This document shows positions 1 through 12,140 of a stretch of DNA of 64,000 nt, one piece after another. The stretch covers positions 16,391,601-16,455,600 of the forward strand of contig CM119267.1 of the NCBI GenBank assembly GCA_051294375.1, given 5' to 3'. Numbering within the stretch: position 1 is the first letter of the stretch; every line of letters begins with the position of its first letter. Made by a program: the position numbers and the translations under genes. The notes under the pieces are model-generated. The model searched no databases and was not told the origin of the DNA. It saw only the letters and a program-made list of their open reading frames with translations. Source of the DNA: Paraspadella gotoi. Its lineage: Eukaryota; Animalia; Chaetognatha.

Positions 1-3000
1 TTCCCCCTCTTTTTTCACTCCTCACGTGCTCACGAGACGTTGCTCTTTTGTTTGGAAAATTGAGTAGAAAAATACGAAAAGAAATATTAATAAATCGTTT
101 AGCGACGACCTCTCTTTGCATGTCTTTGCTTTCCTTTGACTTGCTTTGATTTGCTTACACTCTCTTTGGATGTCTTTGCTTGGCTTTGACTTCCTAGGTT
201 GATCCCTTCATTCAAGTTTTCTACTCTTCACATTCTTTGCTTCTCTTTTCCTCTCTTTGTTTTTCTTTGACACTCTCTTAACCCCTCTTTAGTCTATACT
301 TCTCTCTGTCTCTTTTTACCTCCCTAAGCATCTCTGCCACTTTCTCGCCCTTTTATATTTCTCTTTCGTCTCTCTCACTTTTTAAAATCAATGACCTTGG
401 GTGCCTACACTGAGATTGTAGGCCTTGCCTCTCAACTCTTTTAATTTATATATACTAAATGCGTTCTTTTATTCTATCGCTCATAAATATAACTTCATAA
501 TCTCACCGCACCTTCGAACGCATGCGTCCCTCGAGACAGGAAAGTAATTTCCTCTTAATTGTATCAAGTCATTATCTCTTTCAAAATGCCTCGTAAACTC
601 TTAACTCTCTTTCAACCAATCATTTTCCGGCCCCACCACGCCTTTTAACCACCATCCACCCTCCACCATCCCTACTCCCACCCTCCTCTCTCGATTTCTT
701 TATTCTCGGCCGCGATTAGCAACATAAAATCTTTTTTTTTCTTTTCTTATTCTTTCTTTCGATCGCCGGTTTTTTCTTTCGTCCCGGAATCGCTCACATC
801 CGCCCGCCGCGCCGTCCCGCGATGCTAACTTGTTTCTCTTTTTTTTATCCTCTTCTAGTTTTTAAACGGCTGCCGACAGAGCGGCACTGGCGTCCGAAGT
901 GAGAAGAAAAGAGATAGAGAAAACAGAAGAACATTAAGATCCCGGGATTGTAAAAACTTTCGACGAGCCGCTGCAGGGCTGCAGACAGACTGGACCTCCG
1001 CTCGTGTTTCTCTCTCTTTCTCGTCTCTCTCTCTCGTCTCTCTAATCGTCTCTCATATTGCTCGTTCATCCTTCAGTCTCGGTCTCCGTCTCATCTCCTC
1101 TCGGTCCTCTCAGAAGTCTCTCTCTCTCTTCCTCTCTCTTTCCGCCGGTCGCGTATCGGGGCCAGCCGTCTTCTTGTAGATAGACAGCACGGTCCGAGTT
1201 GAAACAACGAAAAAAAGCCATTCAGAGGGAGGTCGAGGGGGGTTTTCACGGATCTCGTCTTCTTACTATGACAACTGAGGGTGGACAAAAAGAGTCGAGA
1301 ATGCCAGCTATGACAATCGGCTCGCCGGGATGATAAGACGTCGGCTATGGGTGAGAAGGGCGAGATCGGGATTATACGAATAGCACGAGAGCGATATATG
1401 TAGAGCATGTAGAGTGACGGAGAGGGATCGTGTCGTGAAGAGGGAAAGAAGACGAAGGGGGGAAACAGATGGCGGCAGAAGGGAATACCGGATAAGAAGA
1501 GCATTGCTCAGAGGCCAGCTCGTCGCATTTCAGTATTATTCTATGATCGCTAACTCCGTTGCGTAAACAGAGCGATCTTGTTGCGGAACCGCTGCGCCGC
1601 AGATTCTGTATATCATGATGTGAGAGAATGTAATATCGGGCAAGACCTTAGTAAATATGAAATGATGGAAGTATTCTTTTTGTTCTTCTCTCTCACACTT
1701 GTTTGTAAAATTTTGGGAACGTTGTATATATTTTGTTTGTAATCGGTTGAGATGAGCTCGGTTATAACGTACGGCCGCTGTAGTTGTCGAGACGGCGACG
1801 CGCGTGGTTTAAGTCTAATATGTCTTTTATAATGGTTTTCTACCAGCCGCCTTGTATGTTTGCTTCATTTCGATGTTGCATTGATCTAATACGGTGTCTT
1901 ACGAGTAAGATGTGCAAAATGTGGAATTTAAAGCTTTGTCTATTTGGAACATTGCGTTGGTTACTATTTTCACCCTTCTTTCGCGACGGATAGTTTTTAG
2001 CTTGTCTTTTCGTCTCTAGATATATTCCTGTGACTCTTGCTGCATGGTCTTTCTCTTCGGGTCGGGACTCTGGATGGAGAGGTCAAACACGAACGTCGCG
2101 TTCTTGGATCTTTCGCTTTGCTTTACTTATCCTATCGATTCGTGTATCGTTTACTTCTAGTTTGGATCTATCCGTATGTCACGTCTCTCTTGTCTTTTTT
2201 CTTTCTTTCATTTCTTGCCTTTCTTCCCTCCTTCACTGGTCCTCGTCCTGTCCTTCTTTCTTAATTCCCGCTTCTTCCTTCTTCTTCTTTCCTTCTTCTC
2301 TTCTTCTCTTTCCTTCCGCAAGGCCCTTTCGGGGTTTGGGTCTTACGATCCGGCGGGTAACTTTCCGAAAATCGTTTTAAGAGAAAAAAGCAGACGTGTC
2401 GATAAAGGAGAGCGCGAAGTGGAATTAGAAGAGCGAAGGGAAATGTTATAAAAAAGGAGATTCGTGGGGAGATTGGGGGGGGGAGTGGGTACGCGCGTAG
2501 GGGATTTGCCTGCGTAGGCATAGTGGGGGTGGCCAAGCATGGGGTGGCGCGCCTGGTAGCTAGTAGTGTGGTTTGCGAGGTCGGTGAACCGCAAAGTAGG
2601 TGGGTGTACGAGTGGAGCGGCGTCGAAGACATTTTGGGTCGCATACTCTATTGGCATCGCCGCGCTCAGGGCTGGAACGGTGTTTTTTTTTGGTCGGGGT
2701 GCGTGTATAACTACATGACTACACTGCCGCGTGAAGTGAGCCACGCAATAGCCCATAGGTGAATCTGTCGTGGTTCTAATTTTTATTTGCCGGGTAAGAA
2801 ATAACCTGTTGAATTGTAGAAGCAGCTCCAAAGCGCGCTTCGGCAGTTTTTGAACAAGATGGAGAGATGCCCATGAGCGGCCTCAGGAAGAAACGCAGGG
2901 ACACCGCGGCGAAGTACCTTGTCTTCTGTTTATTTTTTTGTTCCCTCTCGCATTTTCTTGTTCGCGTTGAGCTTTAGTGATCCGGGAATCGGAATCAGGG

Positions 3001-4996
3001 AGGAAGGATCGGAGAAGTGAAGAGAGAAGAGGAGAAGAAGGGGGAGAGTAGTTTAGAAGGGAGACCTAGAGAGAGAGCTGTAAGCGCGCGGATCGATGTG
3101 GTGACCGAGAGAAGAGATGTAACATTGGATATGATATTGGTACGAGGTCGGTAGGGAGCGGTGCGTGCGTAGTGAGTAGCATAATCAATTTATTATATGC
3201 GGATTTATTTCTATCGTTATGTTCAGCGCAGTCGGTTTATGACTATTTATTCCGGGTGCCGTCCGTCCCTCAGCTTCGATATATCTATTATTAGCATTTT
3301 TTTGATTAGCCGGTATTATACTTGGAGTCGTGGGACCGAATTTCCATCATGGCTTACACGAGTCATTTAATACATTTCTCTCTGACCCGGCTGGTCACTT
3401 GTTGTGAGTTTTGTCGGGTGATCTAGTAATGTTACCGCTCATTATCGGCTGAAGAGGCGGTTGTAAGTAGGATACTTTAACATTCCGACTCCATTTATGT
3501 GAGGGATTATTCTTCTGTCAGGCAGCCCTTGGTTATATAGACCGGTATTAGGGGACCGGTTTATCTGCGGACTTGGTTATGAACCCTAGAAAGTTAGTGA
3601 TTGTGCGGTTCTTAAGGAGAAAGGGGAACGTGTTAAAACGCGGGCAGTATAAAAGTCCTCAAGAGTACATAACAAAATAGACTAGAAGCAGGGTACTAAT
3701 AAGTGAGGAGGTGTCAATAGGGCATTTGTCCACAGTCATACTGTAAGGCAGACGACATCTAGTCAAGGACGCCACAGGGCTGAACCGCATCGAAAAAGGT
3801 GGCGGAGGCGGTCTTCTCGTGCTACCGGCAATGCCTCGTCTTGTGTGAGGCTACGATCGACCGACGACTTCTGCTCTGTACACGCAGCTCTCGCTTTGGA
3901 CAGGATCATTCCTCGTCTTGGCTGACAGATGGAGACCCCGACTCCATAGAGAAGAGTTGCACCGTAATCTCGTCGTCCGTACCGGTGAGACGACCGGAGC
4001 GTACGGCCCGCAGGCCGTCCGTCACGGCCGCGCGCGGCTGAAGCGCCGTGACGCCCACCTCTCGGAGGGCCCACTGGATAGCAAAACGATGAGCGGAAGG
4101 TGAGCGAATTGTATAGTCCCGCGACGAGACTATACAGCCCGCGAGCGGTCCGGAGGGCCGCCCCTCACCCGAACCGCGGGATAGGCACGTCCCTTGCAGG
4201 CCCGCCCTCGCTCGCCGCCCTCACCGGATCCGGCGGCGCCGCCCTCCGGTCCCCGAGAGCTCCGCGCCGGGCATGCCGCCCTCGGGTGCTTGTGTCCGGA
4301 TCAGGGGGTTTTTCGCCGACAAGGCGGCGACTGCGTCAGCGCCGCCCGATCTCATGGCTGGTGTTCCCCGTTCCGGGGATGCGCCCCCTTCGGCGGCCTT
4401 CACCACGCCCACCCCCTCCACCCTACGGCCGTCGGCCGACCGGCCCGCCCTCCGCCACTACACTGTCACTGCCGACCTGCACGGACGGGGGATCCCGGGG
4501 CACTATACGCTCCTCGAGATCTCCAGTTTTCTGAGGCACACGCGCGCAGCGGTAAATCACGCTGTGTCTTTTTGAAGCCAGCAGCCTCGCGGGGTGTCTC
4601 TCTCGTTATTGATGCAATCTGCTTCNNNNNNNNNNNNNNNNNNNNNNNNNGGAAAAAGGCGGGCGAGGACTCGTAAAGCATCGGCCTTCTCTTTCAGATT
4701 TGATCTAACTCTCGTTGCGAACGACTCGGCCGCTCGTTGCTTTCCCATTAAAACGGAAATTAAAAAAATATTCTCTTTCTTTTTTTAAAATTTTTTTAAT
4801 TTTACTTTTTATTATTATTTTTTTTTTAACTGGGGGGAGAGGGAGACTCTTCCTTGTTCGGGGCGCGCTCGCCCGTCTTTTCTATTTTTTTCCCCTTTGT
4901 TTTCCTCCTTTCTTTTTTTGTCTTCGGTGTCTCTAATTCAATTTGATTTTCTTTCTTTCCATCTTGGTACATTCTTCTTCTTATTGTTTTAGCTTG

Positions 4997-5200
<204 letters not shown>

Positions 5201-7036
5201 TTTCCTTCCCCAAAGCCTCGTTTGGGTCTTCGATCCGCGTCTTTCGATCGTTTAATGAAGATTTCGAAGGAGAGACGAGTAATTAGAAGCGAGGGATTAA
5301 AGGAGTCGGACGGAGGGGTGCCTGTGGCATATGAAGTGGCCATGGGGGTGGACGGAATAGTTGGGCGGACCGACGAAGATGGGCGGGACCGGGTCAGGAT
5401 AATTAACGATCGGCGAAGCCCTGGGTGGAGGTTTTTTTTGTGGGGGTAAGGTACTATGCACTATGCAGCTTGAAGTCAGCGATAGAAACAAGTGAATGCG
5501 TTTTTATTTGCAGGGATATATATGTTGATTGTAGACGGGCTCAACGCGCTTGGCAGTTTGAGATGGATGGCGCGCGACGAAAACGGCGACTCTTGTTTGT
5601 TTATTTTGTTCCCTCCCATTTTCTTCCGTTGACTTTGATCGGTGATCCGNNNNNNNNNNNNNNNNNNNNNNNNNNNNNNNNNNNNNNNNNNNNNNNNNNN
5701 NNNNNNNNNNNNNNNNNNNNNNNNNNNNNNNNNNNNNNNNNNNNNNNNNNNNNNNNNNNNNNNNNNNNNNNNNNNNNNNNNNNNNNNNNNNNNNNNNNNN
5801 NNNNNNNNNNNNNNNNNNNNNNNNNNNNNNNNNNNNNNNNNNNNNNNNNNNNNNNNNNNNNNNNNNNNNNNNNNNNNNNNNNNNGAAAAAGAAAACGCGA
5901 GAGAGACGGAAGAAAGAGAGAAAGAAAGAAAAAGAAGTGAAAGAGAAAAATGAGGAGGGAATTGAAAAGCAATTTCGTTTTCATCTCTTCGAAGCTTCGA
6001 GGCTGTTTTTATATCGCGTTTATGACTCTTCTATCGGCAAAAAAAAGGGGGATGTGGGAGGGGTGTGTGGGAGAGGGAGAGGGAGCCACCGTCTTGGACG
6101 TGCCGGGTGGAAGACCGTCGGGGAGCGGGGGTTGTGAGTTTTCGAGTGCGTTTTGTGCGACATCTTCTTCCCAAAAATAAAGATACGTAAAAAAAAAAAT
6201 TAAAAACAGTATATGTATAATTAAATAATATAGATTAAACAGTAAAGCCTTGAAAATTCATATTATAAAACATAAAAAAATAGAAAATAGAGAAATAGAA
6301 AATTTTCATAGCATTGAAATTGGGGGATTGGGGTGTATACTAAGTGATTTAAGAGGTAGGGACTATTCGCCCCCCAAAACGAAATATAACCCCGACAAAA
6401 GTTTTTTTTTTATCATCGTCTCGGCTTCTCCAAAAAAAAAGTAAGGATCGTTTATGGCCTCTAAAAATATGGAGGGAATGATTTTTTGATGGTTCACCGT
6501 TTCTTGTTTGCGCCACGTCGACGAAGGCGACGACGACGACGACGAAGGTGACGACTACATCGACGACGACGACGGTAACGACTAGACTTCGTGACTAGAA
6601 GTTGTGAAGCTCTAGAGGAGAGCTGTCATATGCAGTGGCAGTGGAACTGTTGTTTTCTGTCGGCTGGGTTGGAGTCTGAATTCTCATTGGGACAAGCGAA
6701 TGATTCGAGGATTTAAATTATTGGCGTCAATTATCAAGTGGCGTGTTTTAGAGAAAATTAATAATAAAGATGATGATAAGTAATATTGGTTAAAATGCGA
6801 AAGGAAAAGAAAAAGAAAAGGAAAAAGCTGAGAGAAATGAAAAGAAGTAATGAGAGAAGGAAAAAATACATATAATTCCATAGCAAAATATTTCTATACA
6901 TGTGGGTAATACCCACTGTGTATACATTATTTATTATGATGTCCCACTATTGTAGAGACTTTAAAGCAAAAAGGTCAGCAACGCCTCGTCTTCTCCTTAT
7001 TGAAAGACAGAGTAAAAATAAAATGGCGGCGGCTAT

Positions 7037-7114
7037 GACGACGAAGACGACGACAACGACGACGACGACGACAACGACGACGACAACGACGACGACGACG
7101 AAAACGACGAAGAC
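7037..7114 (+). repeat. (GAC)n microsatellite; similar tracts at ~6520-6580, 15778-15811, 25225-25250, 25355-25375, 50530-50593
   Basis: Directly visible. Confidence 0.95.
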
Positions 7115-7198
7115 ATAAACACTAAACATCAACATCCGGGCGACGAATTAAAGGAATAAGGAAATGAAAGAGAAGCCTTATGCGCCACCGGAGATGAA

Positions 7199-7242
<44 letters not shown>

Positions 7243-7248
7243 TAGGAG

Positions 7249-7313
<65 letters not shown>

Positions 7314-7330
7314 GAAAGGTTGAGAGAGAG
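7199..7330 (+). repeat. (GA)n microsatellite; many other GA/CT tracts, e.g. 8705-8790, 8928-8980, 11838-11952, 12082-12175, 48475-48533, 62745-62990, 63752-63801
   Basis: Directly visible. Many N gaps are flanked by these tracts. Confidence 0.95.
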
Positions 7331-8027
7331 AAAAGGGGATCCCTAAAATCTAATTTTGGATTTCATCAAGTTTTATTGATGTTCAAATGTAGCGTAAGAC
7401 GGGAACCGAGGCGGGGAAATGGGCCGAGAGAATGAGAGAGAAAAAGAGAGAGAGAGGGAGAGATAAAGACCGATAGATAAAGAGGGAGGGAGAGATAGAG
7501 AGATAGAGAGCGATACTGTTGAGCGGGAAAGTTGAGCGTCCTGATTGATAGAGGAACATAAATTGGGGAAACTTAAAAAGGTAGAGCAGGGAAATGGGAG
7601 AGAGAGATAGAGATAAAAGGAGAACGGGAGAAAGCAGAAGGGAATGAGGAAGACAGATATTTACACTGGAAAAGATTTAAATTTTAGCCCATATGGCGAT
7701 CAATTAGTATTTATGCCAACGATGAAAATAGAAAAAAAGAAAGAAAGAAAGGAATGACGACAGAAGCCCAGAGAATTCTACACGGTTCACCAGAACTCTC
7801 TTTTTATATTTTTTATTATTTTTTTAAAAAAAATTCACTTTCCTCATTGTTTTCCTTTTCCCTTCTTCCTTTTTCCTTTCTCGCTTTCTCCCGCGTTTTA
7901 ATCTCGTCCGTTTTCTGCTGATTTTCTTGCCAAGACTATTAGCGGGCCGACGCCAGGGGAGAGCAAATTGAAAAGGAGGAAATCGGGTTGTCACTTCGTC
8001 CTCGTTTTCATACTTCGTCGTCGTCGT

Positions 8028-8100
8028 CTTTCGATGTTCGCCTTTCGATGTTCGCCTTTCGATGTTCGCCTTTCGATGTTCGCCTTTCGATGTTCGCCTT
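8028..8100 (+). repeat. 14-bp minisatellite (CTTTCGATGTTCGC) x5
   Basis: Five perfect head-to-tail copies. Confidence 0.97.
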
Positions 8101-8924
8101 GCGACGTTCTTCGTCCACCATTGCCATTTGCCTCGTCATCTTTGTTGAAAAATAGTAATACCAAATCCATTTTGTTTATTTGTTTAATTATATATTTATT
8201 TCTGTTTCATGTCTGTATTCATTTTTTGATATAAACAAACGAGCATGAATCGTCGTCGTCGTCGTCGTCGTTCCCTTTCATCATCATAATTCCCACTCGA
8301 TGGTCAAAAAATATATCAAAAGCGACGATCGCCTCGAGACGCGTCACGGTTGTCACGGGTCACGGAGGACGCGTGTCAACGTCCGGAGGCGAGAGACCCG
8401 GATGTCATAAGAAACGTCCGTGCGCCGACCTTGTGATTCCCAGGTGGTGAATTGTGAAAATGTGAGCGCCGACGAAGGTGAGGGGGTCGAAGGGGCAGAG
8501 TTGAAAGGACGAGACCGGGGTAAGTGTTAGGGTAGGGGGAGAGGGTGGGGGCGAAGCTGAGGAGGGGCCGGGGGTGGGGGGGCTGCGCGAGGCTGAAAAG
8601 AATTATGAAAAAGTACGAGGGACAAACGTCATAAACGAGTCAGCAACACGAGCCCTTGCAGTAATTCTCAAACAGAAATATGAATGGCGATATGAAAGAA
8701 TAATTCTCTCTCTCTCTGTCTCTCCTCGTCGTCTCTCCTCTCTCATCTCTCTCTCCTCTCTCTCCTCTCTCTCTCTCCTCTCCTCTCTCATCATCTCTTT
8801 TCCTCTCTGTCTGCTGGTGCTGGACAAGCTAAGCGAAAACTAAGAGCGAATCAGTCAAGAAGAAAAAATTGAAAAGACCTAAATCGTGGAAATACTAAAA
8901 AAAGAGAATGAAAAAGAGAAAGAC

Positions 8925-8967
<43 letters not shown>

Positions 8968-11859
8968 AGAGAGAAGAGGAGACTGGTAGCCGGCATCGAT
9001 TGCATTGGGAATTCCATTCCTATATCATGTTATTCTTCTTTAGGAAATTGGAAAAGAGATAGGGGAGAGTGGAAACCGAGAGCTTCTGCCAGATATTGGA
9101 AAAATACTAAAAGACTGGAGAGAGAGAGAGAGAAAAAGGAAGCTTGAAAACAAAAGGAACCAAAACTTTTTAAAGAGAAAAAAAAGTTGAGAGAATAAAA
9201 AAAAAATATGGGAACCGAAACTGGGAATTTCTTTTTTTTTCGGATGAAAATTGTTTTTTTTCTTTTACCAAAATACTAAATATAAATAATAACTTAATAA
9301 GTTCACGGGGTTAAAAAGTGAAAACTTTTTAAACTTCGCTAATTACTAATTCCCCTTAAAGTATAAAACATTTTATACAGTACAATGAGTCAGTCACACA
9401 TTTTCTTGGGTCGTTCTGACCACAAAAGGGAAAAGCGGGATGGAGAGAAAAAAAAACCTTGACCATATTTCGGTCTCAAGAACACGCCTTCTATGGAAAA
9501 AAATGGGGAGAGAAAGAGGGACAAGGATGTGAATGAGGTGGAGGGAGGGAGGGGAGGAGGAGGAGGAGGAGGAGGAAGAGGAGAGAGACGAGGAAGAGGA
9601 TTGGCTAGTAGAGCAGATGTGGAAATCCCAATGTCTTCCCATGACGGTTGATTCGCCATTATTGCCGGATAAGTTGGAAGTAGTTAAAATGGGTTCACAG
9701 GAACTTGTCTGTGGTTTTTGTCCGGTCGAAGAAAGTTTCTTCAGGCGAGAGGCTCCGCGGGCGGTTTTGGGTGAGGACGAAAGTAGGTAAGGGCGGATAG
9801 CGGTTGAAAGGTCGAATCGGTCCGACTCCCGGGAGATTAATCTCGGGTTATGCGCGATTTGACTTGATTGGAAGAAGGAAAGGTGATTAACGGCCGGTGT
9901 GATATATCGGGTGGGTCCGTGAAAATTTATCGATTTATTCTAGTCTCTTACTTTCTCTCTCTCTTTTAGTTGGTTCGGAGTGGAATTTACATCATTAGAG
10001 TATTCGCCTTTATAGGCCGGTTTGGGATTCCGACTTTGTGGATTTTCGTAGAGCCGGTTAACCGGTTACCGGTTAACAAAGTAGAGGTCTAAGGAGGGAA
10101 GGGCATAAATTAAAACAATAGCGACGAAAAGTGGGTTCATTTTCCTCTCGCGATCTCAGCCCGAACTCGCGCGGTCTCGGTCCGGACTTTGGTGAGGCAC
10201 ACGCGCGCGCGGTAATCACGTGATCTTTTGACCACAGCCTCGCGGGGTCAAAGGTGGGAAGTCAAACGGGCCGCGAGAAAGAGGAAAATGAGGAAGGAAA
10301 CCTGAGAGGAGGAAAGAGGAGGAAAGGGAGGAAAAGAAGAGGAAGAGGCGGAGGGATTGGTAAATGGCGGTAGTACGTAAATCAGTGGGAAAAAAACTGT
10401 GGTTATATTTCGAAACTGAACTGAGTTTATGCATAAAAGAGCAGCGCCAGCGGGCGTGAAATGAAATGAGGGTCCGTGGAGGGTAGGGAAGGGGAAAGAG
10501 AGAATTTCCGAGTTGGTGCTGGACGAATTGTGAAAATGGGAGGAGCAGTAGGAGCGGGTTTTGACTGGAGCTGAAATATGGATTACGACTCGAAAAAGGA
10601 GAAGCGGAAATAGAAAACTATAGATTTAGAATCTAGAAGGAGAAAGAGCAAAAATTGAGGACGTATAGGAGCAAAAAGATTAGGATTTGAGGAGTGAAAA
10701 AAAAGCGGCCGCAGTGTTCGGGGGAGCTAAACCTCGGAGACTCGGAAAGAGGGAAACGGAGAAGAGACTCGGGCGGTCGAAAAAAAAGGAATAAACATGA
10801 GCGGGAATAATGGAACAGATTCCGTTAATGGGTTCTTGCAGGGCGGCGACACCAATATGCAGTTAAGCTTTAAAGGGTTGACAAGGTGTGAAATCATTCC
10901 ATCTTAGAACAGAGAGCGGCGCCGCTTCCGCCGCCTGCCTGCCACCGTAGCCGCCACCGTCCTCGCCGCCACCGCTACGCATGAAACGCCAAATGGCGTC
11001 GCCTGCTAACCGACCGACCGACAGCCGCCACCGCCGGCGACATCGCAGAGCCGCTTCCTCCGTCCCAACGACGCGGAATTTTTTTTTTTTTTCATTTTTT
11101 TTTTCAAATTTACTTTTTTTTTCTAAAGAAAAAAAAAAGATTTTTTTTTTCTCGCAGTTCCTCTTTTTTTATTTCCACCTCCGACCATTATCGCGAGGAA
11201 GGATTTTTTTTTTTATGTGTGTTCGTGTCAGGGTGTGTGTGTGTGAGTACGATTATTCGGCGGATGTGACGACAAAGCGGCGAGCGCGCAATCAGTGGCG
11301 ACTGTTCGTGCGGAAGTCATCGCGTCTGCGTGCGCGACGGGAAAAGTCCCGCATGTGATCGTGTAATGCTTGGGGGGGGGGAAAAAGGGGGATGCGGCGA
11401 ACTCACCCGAAGGTGAGTTAAGGGCGAATTTATAGGTACTTTGATGAAGCTTGTAAGATGTGATGTCATTAAATAAACTAACGAACGAAAAGTGTTTACG
11501 TTTTTTTGAAATACATGCAAAGGCTTTTCCAAAACCTCACGCTGCCCGAGTTCGCAAACAAAAAACTTAACAAACTTATTTCTAGTTTTCTTCTTTTCAT
11601 GAAATGTGGCGGAAATGTCGCCGACGCCGGCGAATACCAGATGGAAAAACTGAATGAAAAATTTCATTCTCTCATTCTTCTTTTTCTCTCCTCTTCCTTC
11701 TTTTTCTTCTCTCTCTCTTCTTTCTCTCTCTTTCTTCCCGTTACCACGCGCAGTGTGGAATCTCATTTACTAACGGAAATCGTGAGCTCAGGGGGTTTTC
11801 TTTTTCTCTTCGCCTTTTCTTCCATACTTTCACGCTATCTCTCTCTCTCCTCTCTCTCT

Positions 11860-11912
<53 letters not shown>

Positions 11913-12102
11913 TCTCTCTTCTTCTCTCTCTCTTTCTCTCTCTCCCTCTCTCGCGTTTAGCCGTTGGGTTTGAGTATGTGTTTTCATTAAATCTTACCTT
12001 TTCTCACTTTAGATCTCAAGAGATATGTTTTTAGTGAGATTCTCTTTTCTCAACACCAAACCAAACCTGATAAGGACCACAAGAGAGAGAGAGAGAGAGG
12101 AC

Positions 12103-12140
<38 letters not shown>

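Noticed and set aside
4100-4534. GC-rich ORFs (also 19158-19511)
   Set aside because: They have no recognisable domain and lie in low-quality extensions ahead of 25-N gaps.
12038-12090. Loose resemblance to a PacBio SMRTbell adapter (also ~29090-29135 and ~41290-41310)
   Set aside because: The similarity is too weak to separate from the native GA/CT microsatellite background by eye.
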